From contig NIVC01000646.1 of assembly GCA_002269645.1 (NCBI GenBank), forward strand, positions 1 through 64,000: a stretch of DNA of 64,000 nucleotides. The letters run 5' to 3'. The notes under the pieces are model-generated. The model was given only the letters and a program-made list of their open reading frames with translations. It had not been told where the DNA came from and did no database searches. This DNA comes from Macrostomum lignano (lineage: Eukaryota). Within the stretch, counting starts at the first letter, position 1. Each line of letters begins with the position of its first letter. Below are positions 36,288-46,679 of the stretch, piece after piece. The position numbers and the translations under genes are program-made.

Positions 36288-36675
36288 TGGCGTCGCCCGA
36301 GTTTACGACGTCAACCAGCTGCCCCATGGCGGTGCTCAGCCGGGCCGCCATGGCCAGCAGGCAGCTAACGGACGATCTGCCGCCGACAATGCCCCGACTC
36401 TCCGGCCGACGCGGCGTAGCTGTCGCCGACGACGGCGGAGTGAGGAGGCGCCGCAGGCGGACCAGCTGAGTCTCCAGGCGCCGGTTTTGCTCCTCCAGCA
36501 CCGCCATTCGCTGCTCAAGGCGGCCTCGCTGAGCTCGCAGCAGCCTGGCCTCGGCCGCCGCCGCTGCCGCCGCCTCCGTGCCGCCTGCCCAGCCGTTCGA
36601 GGCGACGCCGCCACCGTGGCAGCCGGACATGAGTCGGTCGAACTCAGCCTTGGGGTGCAGGACGGAGGGGATTTC
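36280..36675 (-). CDS. Dystrophin-like gene, last exon (second coiled coil and C-terminal helix)
   Basis: [38 protein letters not shown] matches dystrophin-family [57 protein letters not shown] resembles the family C-terminal helix. Confidence 0.85.
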   Translation of the reverse strand, partial: [131 protein letters not shown]

Positions 36676-36781
36676 CTGTAAGCCTTCGCTGAGGACTGAA
36701 TACGAATACTCCTTTAGATCAACTGTCTTATTGTGATTCTTATTCAAAATCTCCTGTCAAATTTATCGAACTTTACTTAAA

Positions 36782-37030
36782 AGATCTCATCTCACCTGTC
36801 TACTAGGATCTCATCTCACCTGTCTACTTAGATCTCATCTCTCCTGTCTACTGAGATTTTATCTCACCTACTGAAGTATCTACTGAGAACTCATCTCACC
36901 TGTCCACTGAAATCTCATCTCACCTGTCTACTGAGATTTTATCTCACCTACTGAAGTATCTACTGAGAACTCATCTCACCTGTCTACTGAGAACTCATCT
37001 CACCTGTCTACTGAAATTTAATCTCACCTC
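36782..37030. repeat. Degenerate ~24-bp array (atctcatctcacctgtctactgag) in the last dystrophin-like intron
   Basis: Directly visible, imperfect. Confidence 0.85.
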
Positions 37031-38059
37031 TACTTATGATGGCATATTACCTCTCTACAAAACTTTTATCCCAAATCTCCACTATTTTGAGCTGGCCTCA
37101 GCACTGCATACAGCTGAGACTACATTTCGTTCAAATGAAGTCGGAGCCTTATTTAATTATTTATCAACTTTTCCTCTATTGCACTATTGCATAGGCACTG
37201 TGCTTCCTACAGTTGTAAAAGTTAAGTTAGAACGTAAGACCGGACCTTGAAACATTTTTTATCATGGCATGGATGAAGGAATACACTGGATTGCTCATCT
37301 GAAATACAGACATACAAGTTTACCACATAATATCCCATGATACTTATGGTTTTGTCTATGGTAATTATTGTACCGGTGGGCCAATGTCTGTGCCTGTTAA
37401 TAACAGTGAAGTTCATTTATAGAAAACAAAAATAGTCTATGGTAGCTTAGGGCCAAATGTTTACGGTACGAGTACAGTATCACTGATGGCCACAACTACA
37501 GGCCTGACTATATTACTAATTATCCAGCAAAATTTGCTCGACGTTGCTCGAGTACAGCGCCCAACTCTAGCTTGGTCGTGATGCCTGTCTAATTGTGTGA
37601 GAAAAGTCTGCAGCAGCAAACACCCCCCCACCCAGCCAGTGGGCAATAAATCAGGATGGGGAGCAGCTACATGCATGGGATATGCCTGGCTAACCCCCTA
37701 GATTCGCGTAATAACTTTCTCCTCTCTTGACTAATTTTCTCCCTCCCAGTATAATCCCAGCACAACGGTGCCATCTGAGAATATGCGCTGCACTGCACTT
37801 GACCTCATGTGCGTATACTTCCTATAGATTGTATATCAGCTAGCTAAGTTTTGTACAAAGTACAAATACAAAATCCCTAAATACATTCCTATACTTTTCC
37901 CTATTAGGGGAACCATTGTGCCTTGAAAAATAACCTCCAATGCCAAATGGCTAACAGAACTGCTCTTTTAGATCTGCAGTCGTATCGAACACTGAAAATA
38001 GATTGGATCGTCCCTAAAATGCTGATTAAATCGCACACTAAACTGCCTAAATTCCCCCT

Positions 38060-38520
38060 ATTGCCTCACTTAAACACCCTCAATCGCCCCAACTAAACAC
38101 CTTCAATTGCCCCAACTAAACATCCTCGATTGCACCAACTAAACTCCCCCAGTTGCCCCAAATAAACACCCTTAATTACTCGAAATAAACACCCTCAATT
38201 GCCCCAACTAAACACCGTCAATTGCCCCAACTAAACACCGTCAATTGCCCCAACTAAACACCCTCGATTGCCCCAACTAAACACCGTCAATTGCCCCAAC
38301 TAAACTCCCCCCAGTTGCCCCAACTAAACACCCTCGATTGCCCCAACTAAACACCGTCAATTGCCCCAACTAAACTCCCCCAGTTGCCCCAACTAAACAC
38401 CGTCAATTGCCCGAACTAAACTCCCCCAGTTGCCCCAACTAAACACCGTCAATTGCCCCAACTAAACACCGTCAATTGCCCCAACTAAACACCGTCAATT
38501 GCCCCAACTAAACACCCTCA
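38060..38520. repeat. 23-bp array (ttgccccaactaaacaccgtcaa)n
   Basis: Directly visible. Confidence 0.94.
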
Positions 38521-39811
38521 ACCACATCAAATTCTTTCACCTCAAAAACATCGGCAAACAGAACTGAATGGTCTTCAGAATTTCCCACACATATGTCTGA
38601 AAATTGTCAAGAAAAAGATGCTGAGAAGCAATCCCAAGCTCTCTCTGAGAGGGTGAGGAATTCCTCTGTAGAAGGCCAATTCTCAGCCGTACTCACCGAG
38701 TGCCACTTAGAATTCCGAGAGGTGAGCAGAGGAGGTGTAGCGGTACTGCAGAAACCAATTGGCCCAAATTTAACCATGGTAGAAAACAAAGGCAGCTGAC
38801 ACAGTACAATGTAGCAAAGCGTATTACATGCATACAGACTTCCACTGCCTCAATACACTAAAAGTAAAAAGATGCTTAGACAATAAAAGAAATCTGTCAG
38901 AGATAAATAATAGCTGAAATTTCTCTGAAAGCTTGCAACCTCACTAAGGTGAGCACTACGCTCGTAGTAGTCCATGCATGCACAATTTACAGTTAGCTAC
39001 ACAAAAGCATTATTTAGCCCCATCCATTGTTTTTATATTTGTCAATCTTTCATAGTTTTGGTCACGCAGAGCCAGTTCCGGGTCTGAGGCCTTGAGAGAG
39101 CGGTGGCGATGTACTTTTCTCTCCTCTGCTCCCATTATTCTATACATTCCTGCCTCTTCCGCCTCGGCTCAGCCTCCGCGCCATTCTTCATCACCGGATC
39201 GTGCCAGAGAGGCCAGCAGCCCAGCCTCCCCCTCCATCACTTTCGTTTCGGCTCCGGCAGCCGTCGGAGATCTTCATCACTCTACCAGTTTCCATTCCAC
39301 TGCAAAACTCCCTAATCACAAATCCCAAAAGTTCTCCGCACAAATTCTGCAACTTCCCAGCTCCGGAGGCTGCGGTAGCTGGAGGGGGGGGTTATGAAAG
39401 ATTTTATGAAAGAGATTTTTACACACCAGCGCCGACTTCTTCCACAATGAGCCCACAGGCTGGGAGACGGGATCTAGTCATTTGAGGGATTAGAATCCAT
39501 GGTTTACCAAGTGGGTACCAAAACTGGAATCTGCATTTTACAAAAGAAGACTTTCCTTTACACAGAAAGGGCCAGCCGCAGCGCCGAGCTCCAGTTAGCA
39601 GCATACAGATAAAGTGCATTTTGAGTCCCCTGAAGTCAATGATTTGTAATTTGTAAAAATGATTCGAGTTGCGCTAATTGCACTCTCACGGAAAACATGG
39701 CTTGAAGTACCACCCGCAGAAGCTCCTGACTTCTTTATAAAGTTTTGTCACACTGAAGTTCACCTCAAGTGTACAGTCTTAGAATCTTGATTTTAACCTG
39801 AAATACATTCT

Positions 39812-40712
39812 CAGAACCACCTGAAGTACACCAGAAGAACCTGAAATCTAACTGAAGTACACCAGCAGAACCTGAATCCACCTGAAGTACACCAGCAGAA
39901 CCTGTAATCCACCTGAAGTACACCAGCATAACCTGTAATCCACCTAAAGTACACCATCAGAACCTGAAATCCACCTGAAGTACACCAAGAGAACCTGAAA
40001 TCCACCTGAAGTACACCAGCAAAACCTGAAATCTAACTGAAGTACACCAACAGAACCTGTAATCCACCTGAAGTACACCATCAGAACCTGCAATCCACCT
40101 GAAATACACCAACAGAACCTGAAATCTAACTGAGTACACCAACCGAACCTGTAATCCACCTGAAGTACACCAGAAGAACCTGAAATCCACCTGAAGTACA
40201 CCAGCAGAACCTGAAATCCACCTGAAGTACACCAGCAGAACCTGTAATCCACCTGAAGTACACCAACAGAACCTGAATCCACCTGAAGTACACCAGCAGA
40301 ACCTGAAATCCACCTGAAGTACACCAGCAGAACCTGTAATCCACCTGAAGTACACCAACAGAACCTGAAATCCACCTGAAGTACACCAACAGAACCTGAA
40401 ATCCACCTGAAGTACACCAACAGAACCTGAAATCCACCTGAAGTACACCAACAGAACCTGAAATCCACCTGAAGTACACCAACAGAACCTGAAATCCACC
40501 TGAAGTACACCAACAGAACCTGAAATCCACCTGAAGTACACCAACAGAACCTGAAATCCACCTGAAGTACACCAGCAGAACCTGAAATGCACCTGAAGTA
40601 CACCAACAGAACCTGAAATCCACCTGAAGTACACCAACAGAACCTGAAATCCACCTGAAGTACACCAGCAGAACCTGAAATCCACCTGAAGTACACCAGC
40701 AGAACCTGAAAT
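39812..40712. repeat. 31-bp array (cacctgaagtacaccagcagaacctgaaatc)n, ~29 copies
   Basis: Directly visible; starts ~15 nt after the donor at 40728. Confidence 0.97.
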
Positions 40713-40728
40713 GCACCGCCTGCCTCAC

Positions 40729-40983
40729 CTGCAGCTTCACGCTCTCAATCTCCAGCTCGCGCTCTAGAGTCTCAACAGTCGCTGATGAGGCGGCCGCAGC
40801 CTCCGGCAGGCGAGATCTCAGCTCGCCGGTGTACGCCGCAATCAACCGGTGCTCCTCGTCGATGGCGCCTTCGGTCCGGACTGCCTGGTGCTCGGAATCC
40901 GAGTTCCTGCGGGGGCAGCGGGCGAAGTCGGGTTGGCTCTGGAGCTGCTGCTGCTGCCGCCGCATCTCAAGGCGTAGATTTTC
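40729..40983 (-). CDS. Dystrophin-like exon (post-ZZ, DEEH.LI..Y motif)
   Basis: tag|ENLRLEMRR...IDEEHRLIAAYTGEL...ESVKLQ|gtgagg; cf. DDEHLLIQHYCQSL; 255 nt. Confidence 0.75.
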
Positions 40984-41164
40984 CTATGAGCCGCAGCACT
41001 TCTAATTCTAAGTTTCTAAACTAGGAGGACAGTGTGTGTTATCAAGGATGAGGCTTGGATGCTGTAGCCAATGGGAGCAGAGTGCCAATAATTTCATTCG
41101 GCTATGGGCAACTGCTGAATGGAAATTTTTGTGGGAGCGCGAATGAAGAGCGCTTCGACTGTAC

Positions 41165-41495
41165 AAAGGAATAAGAGAAAGAGAAGGGAGGGCTGAAGGG
41201 AGGGGTTGAAGGGAGGGCTGAAGGGAAGGGTTGAAGGGAGGGCTGAAGGGAGGGGCTGAAGGGAGGGCTGAAGGGAAGGGTTGAAGGGAGGGCTGAAAGG
41301 AGGGTTGAAGGGAGGGCTGAAGGGAGGGGCTGAAGGGAGGGCTGAAGAGAAGGGTTGAAGGGAGGGCTGAAAGGAGGGGTTGAAGGATGGGCTGAAGGGA
41401 GGGGCTGAAGGGGGGGCTGAAGGGAGGAGTTAAGGGGAGGGGCTGAAGAGAGGGGTTGAAGGGAGGGGCTGAAGGAAGGCTGAAGGGAGGGGATG
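41165..41495. repeat. Purine-rich 12-13-bp array (gaagggagggct)n
   Basis: Directly visible. Confidence 0.93.
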
Positions 41496-42534
41496 AAGTT
41501 GACCTAAACGATGAAGACCATTCCGAATGGTAGGCTCAGCGCCATTCAAGATCATCACAGTCAGTTTTGTCAGTCTCGTACTGTCAGCATATTTGCAGCA
41601 CACCAGATAAGCCAGCCAGTGCAAACAGTTTTGTCAGCTTTGCTCTGAGGCCACATCCGGTCAGTCGCGAGTATAGCAGAGCACACACTGGGCAACCATC
41701 TACTGCATGCCTCAGGTTACTCGAGCTGCTCAAATCCCATTGAAGACGCCGCATCCTCAATTCCAGCATTCTAAGCTCGGTAAATCGATACGTCTTTTAG
41801 CCATTAACCCTTAGCCGGTTGCTCCGCCATATATTCAGCTTCTCCATATAGTTTCTTCTGCTTGAGCAGGTGGCCCGCAGCAATTGTTAAGGAAAGTAGC
41901 AGACGGAATACTTGGCCTGGGTTGCCGCTCCGTTTATCTCTTTTCTCTCTCTCCCTAGCTTTGAATATCCCCTGATGAAGCTCATTTTTCAGGTACCCTC
42001 GGAAATTTAAGCTGCAAATTCCATTCAAAGTTAAACAAATTGTAAGGGTCCAGCGCGGCGCTCTTATGTACCAGCGGCCCAGGCTCGATTCCAAGTGCAG
42101 TCACATTAAGTTGGGGCTGAATTGGAATCTCGGCTTGGCTCTGCTCGTGCAATTAACGCCCTTGATGGCCAATCCCCCAAGGCACAGTGAAGTGTACATG
42201 CCCAACGATAAATAAAGTTAGGGCCGCTGTGCACTCCTGTGTGAGTGTGTGCCTGTGCGTATGACTGCGTACGTATCCTTGCGCTTGTGTGCCTGCTCAG
42301 GGGAGTCGGCGGAATGGGCAGTAATGCCTCTCGCCGGTTGTGTGACAATGTCGCTTAAAGTGCGCCAGGTTGCACACAGGCCCCTGACTCTAAAAGATGA
42401 CCCACTTTCCAAAGCCACTTTGTTATCCTTTCTACGAAACCACGACCCTTAACAAATTACGAACACTGGGATTCGCTGTATGGGATAACAGCGGGTGGCC
42501 TGAGTCAGAGCATAAATAAAACGGCCTTCCTTAC

Positions 42535-42992
42535 AATCCATGCGCAGCTCTCGGCTGCACTTCAGTCGACTCTTGGAGCTGCCGCTGCCGCCGCCGTCGA
42601 GGACGCAAAACTCGTCGCCGAATCGCCCTGCCCAGGCTGCTCAGCTCCTCCCGCAGGCCCGGACCTCTCGAGCACTGCAGCATCGGGTGATCTGCCCGGT
42701 GGCCGCCCGACGACACTCGCTGACCCCAGCAACCGCAGTTTGAAGTTCGAGTTCCAGCGTCGCCGCCAACTCCGCGCAGACGGCAGTCCAGGCAGAGGTT
42801 GAGCCGCAGGCAGCGCAGGCAGCGGAATCGAACGCCTCGAATTGGGCGCCGTCCGCAGCCCGAGCAGCTGACGCGGTGTCTGCGGCCTGCGGCCTCGGAG
42901 AGCCGCTCCAGAGCTGGCAGCCAGGCCAGCTGGTGCCGCCCAGCGCCGTCCAGCGCCCAGGAGAGAAAGTCCGCCAGACAGACTGACCGGGC
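42535..42992 (-). CDS. Dystrophin-like exon with ZZ zinc finger
   Basis: cag|ARSVCLADFLSWAL...QLAWLPALERL...HRVSCSGCGRRPIRGVRFRCLRCLRLNLCLDC...GHRADHPMLQC...|gtaagg; matches the dystrophin FLDW..WLPVLHR..C..C..PI.GFRYR..C..C..H...HPM motifs. Not shown in this frame in the ORF track. Confidence 0.85.
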
Positions 42993-43040
42993 CTGGATTC
43001 AATTTGGGAATTTTAGCCACTTCCCGGCTATATTGAGTAG

Positions 43041-43216
43041 GTGCTAATGCCCCTGGTGCTAAAGCCCCTGGTGCTAAAGCCCCTGGTGCTAAAGCCCCTG
43101 GTGCTAAAGCCCCTGGTGCTAAAGCCCCTGGTGCTAAAGCCCCTGGTGCTAAAGCCCCTGGTGCTAAAGCCCCTGGTGCTAAAGCCCCTGGTGCTAAAGC
43201 CCCCGGTGCTAAAGCC
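43041..43216. repeat. 15-bp array (gtgctaaagcccctg)n in a 241-bp intron
   Basis: Directly visible. Confidence 0.96.
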
Positions 43217-43233
43217 CAATCATCCCAACCGAC

Positions 43234-43834
43234 CTCGCCGAGGCACTCGTCCACAGCGGCCTCCAGCTTCGCTGCGTCACCGCTGCCATCGTCGTCTTTC
43301 GCCGCAGCAGCCGAGATCGCCGCCTCCATCTGGGCAGTCAGCGTGTGACAGGGCACCGCGCCGACCGCCTCCAGGCGGCGCCACTCAGCGTCCAGCGCGG
43401 CGCCCAGCTGCTGCGTCGGCAGGGGCAGCCGCAACAGCTGCTCGATGCTCGCCAGCCCGTCAGCCGCCACCGCGGCTCTGTCGCTGAGGTCGGACTCGCC
43501 AGCCAGCAGCTCCGACCAGCGGCACCGCAGCCGAGCATCTGCATCGTCCAGCATCCGCAGCAGCTGCTCGACCTCCGACTTCCAGGCCCGCAGCTGTGCA
43601 GCGGCCGTCGAGTTCAATGCCAGCTGACGGCGAGCCGAGGCCGCGTCGCCGCCAAGTTGAAGTCGCCGACGATGAAGGCTGGCCTCGCGGGCGGCGAGCC
43701 AGCGGCCAAGCAGATGGCGGCTCCCCGGGCCGGGGCTGCTGAGCCGCTGCCGCTGAAGCTGCAGCTGGCGAAGCTCGCAGCCGGTGCACTCCAGGTCCTG
43801 AAGGGGTTCAGGAGGAACTGCTGTAAGCGCGGAG
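43234..43834 (-). CDS. Dystrophin-like exon with spectrin repeat(s)
   Basis: LLGRWLAAREASLHRRRLQLGGDAASARRQL...LRAWKSEVEQLL...RCRWSELL, similar to dystrophin R23 (PIGGDFPAVQKQ); donor GAG|gtcgg. The 5' boundary is inferred from phase. Confidence 0.78.
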
Positions 43835-44270
43835 CTGGGGAATGATGGAGCTGAGAAATGATGGAGCTGAGAAATGATGGAGCTGAGGAAATGATGGAGC
43901 TGAGGAAATGGGAATGATGGAGCCGGGGAATGATGGAGCCGGGGAATGATGGAGCTGGGGAATGATGAAGCTGGGGAATGATGGAGCTGGGGAATGATGG
44001 AGCTGGGGAATGATGGAGCTGGGGAATGATGGAGCTGGGGAATGATGGAGCTGGGGAATGATGGAGCTGGGGAATGATGGAGCTGGGGAATGATGGAGCT
44101 GGGGAATGATGGAGCTGGGGAATGATGGAGCTGGGGAATGATGGAGCTGGGGAATGATGGAGCTGGGGAATGATGGAGCTGGGGAATGATGGAGCTGGGG
44201 AATGATGGAGCTGGGGAATGATGGAGCTGGGGAATGATGGAGCTGGGGAATGATGGAGCTGGGGAATTGG
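43835..44270. repeat. 16-bp array (gaatgatggagctggg)n, ~26 copies
   Basis: Directly visible. Confidence 0.97.
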
Positions 44271-44376
44271 GGAATTATGAGGCCGGAGAATGAAATGATG
44301 TAATTAGAGGGAGCAGAATGAAGAGAACGGAACGAAGGGAGCGAACTCAGCCAAAATCTATCGAATGCAGCGAGAC

Positions 44377-44611
44377 CTTGCCTGCTTGACCCTCAGCCAG
44401 TCCGTCGCGGCCCCGGCTGCTCCCCTCTCGCACTCGGCGCCCAGGCGGGCCAGCCGGCTCTCCAGCCTGCGCAGTTCCGCGTCCTCCCGGAGCTGCCGCC
44501 TGAGGCTGACCGCCGCTTCCGCGTTGCAGCCGGAGCTCCACACACCCAGTGGCGTGGCGGAGGCCTCCTGGTCTGCCGCTAAGGAGTTCCCCGAAGCTGC
44601 TGCGGATGATT
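44377..44611 (-). CDS. Probable upstream exon of the dystrophin-like gene
   Basis: GC-rich open frame (E)SSAAASGNSLAADQE...LRRLESRLARLGAECE...WLRVKQ; phases consistent with neighbouring exons; no diagnostic motif. Confidence 0.5.
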
Positions 44612-44616
44612 CTGGC

Positions 44617-44965
44617 TGACACTCACTCTGACACTCACTCTGACACTCACTCTGACACTCACTCTGACACTCACTCTGACACTCACTCTGACACTCACTC
44701 TGACACTCACTCTGACACTCACTCTGACACTCACTCTGACACTCACTCTGACACTCACTCTGACACTCACTCTGACACTCACTCTGACACTCACTCTGAC
44801 ACTCACTCTGACACTCACTCTGACACTCACTCTGACACCCTCACTCTGACACCCTCACTCTGACACTCACTCTGACACCCTCACTCTGACACCCTCACTC
44901 TGACACTCACTCTGACACTCACTCTGACACCCTCACTCTGACACTCACTCTGACACTTACTCTGA
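44617..44965. repeat. 12-bp array (actcactctgac)n
   Basis: Directly visible; fills most of intron 44612-44987. Confidence 0.97.
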
Positions 44966-44987
44966 CCATTCTTTAAAACTGTCTCAC

Positions 44988-45087
44988 CCGAGCCTTCGCT
45001 CCACTCGACCTTGAGCTGTTCCAGCGACCTCCAATAAGTCCGACTCAAAACTGCTGTGCGAGGGCAGCTTGGAGGATAAAACACGGA
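44988..45087 (-). CDS. Possible upstream exon of the dystrophin-like gene
   Basis: ctttttcag|SVFYPP...LEQLKVEWSEGS-G|gtgag; strong splice sites, phase fits. Confidence 0.45.
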
Positions 45088-45394
45088 CTGAAAAAGAGAA
45101 TTAATTAGATTCGATTGCGAAGCACTTTCCAATTATGTAATCATAAAGTGTAATCTTTCTCTCATCTCTACATCCGTATCCTTGGCCTCCTCGATCAAGG
45201 TCGACTCTTTCTCAGCCGTTTCATCATAGTCGCTTCGTTGTGTGTTATTGCTGCTGTTTCTATTTTTAGCATCTTCAATAATGACGTCATCTTCCAGAGA
45301 ATGTCGCACCGAGTCGTTTGGCACGCCATTCCTAATAGGTGTGGTAGTGAGTGGACAATTCTAGTGAAGGGGTCGGGGTCGGTTGAGTGAAGGG

Positions 45395-46270
45395 AGTGCG
45401 TGTGTGAGAGAGTGAGTGAATGAAAGGAGTGAGCGAATAAAGTACGTGAATTGAAGGGAGAGAGTGAGTGGAGGGAGTGAGTGAGCGAAAGGAATTAGTG
45501 AGTGAAGAAAGTAAGTGAATTGAAGGGAGGGAGTGAAGGGAGTGAGTGAGTAAGGGGAATGAGTGATTGAAGGGAGTTAGTGAGTGAAGGGAGTGAGTGA
45601 TTGAAGGGAGTTAGTGAGTGAAGGGAGTGAGTGCTTGAAGGGAGGGAGTGAAGGGAGTGAGTGAATGAGGGGAATGAGTGATTGAAGGGAGTTAGTGAGT
45701 GAAGAAAGTAAGTGAATTGAAGGGAGGGAGTGAAGGGAGTGAGTGAGTAAGGGGAATGAGTGATTGAAGGGAGTTAGTGAGTGAAGGGAGTGAGTGATTG
45801 AAGGGAGTTAGTGAGTGAAGGGAGTGAGTGATTGAAGGGAGGGAGTGAAGGGAGTGAGTGAATGAGGGGAATGAGTGATTGAAGGGAGTTAGTGAGTGAA
45901 GAAAGTAAGTGAATTGAAGGGAGGGAGTGAAGGGAGTGAGTGATTGAAGGGAGTTAGTGAGTGAAGGGAGTGAGTGATTGAAGGGAGTTAGTGAGTGAAC
46001 GGAGTGAGTGATTGAAGGGAGGGAGTGAAGGGAGTGAGTGAATGAGGGGAATGAGTGATTGAAGGGAGTTAGTGAGTGAAGAAAGTAAGTGAATTGAAGG
46101 GAGGGAGTGAAGGGAGTGAGTGAGTAAGGGGAGTGAGTGATTGAAGGGAGTTAGTGAGTGAAGGGAGTGAGTGATTGAAGGGAGTTAGTGAGTGAAGGGA
46201 GTGAGTGATTGAAGGGAGTTAGTGAGTGAAGGGAGTGAGTGAGGGGAGTGAGTGAGTGAGTGAAAGGAGT
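45395..46270. repeat. Purine-rich complex repeat (gagtgagtgaaggg variants)
   Basis: Directly visible. Confidence 0.93.
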
Positions 46271-46679
46271 GAATGACAGATGCCAATTTCGAAAAGCAGA
46301 TGAGCCTCACAAGTTGCTAACATGTGCGCCAGAACTTCGAACTCCTTGCCTGCCTCTCGGGACTGCGACCTGCGTAATATACAGTGAACACATTTAGCAG
46401 TAAAAAAGCCAAAATCTTAATAAAAGGCAGAAAAGGCAGATAGTCTACTTACACGAGTACTAGAAATGGCTGCCATATTATCTGAAAAAGAGGACAAATC
46501 ACGAGAAAATTCTTTGCTGGATTTCTCTTGCACTGACCCCGAAAATTGCATCAGAGCTGCTGCATCTTCCGGACTTCTCGACGACTGAGTCTGGAATGAT
46601 TTATTGTTTCAATGGACTATTGAGTGGATTAAGACTCAAGAGTTCTCATGTATCTCAATAATCTGAAATCGGGAGCTCT

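Noticed and set aside
38590-39400. Candidate extra dystrophin-like exons
   Set aside because: No frame with consistent splice phases and family motifs could be built by eye.
42993-43233. In-frame (APGAL)n insertion in the dystrophin-like ORF
   Set aside because: It lies in a GT-AG intron of 241 nt; retention would shift out of the ZZ frame.
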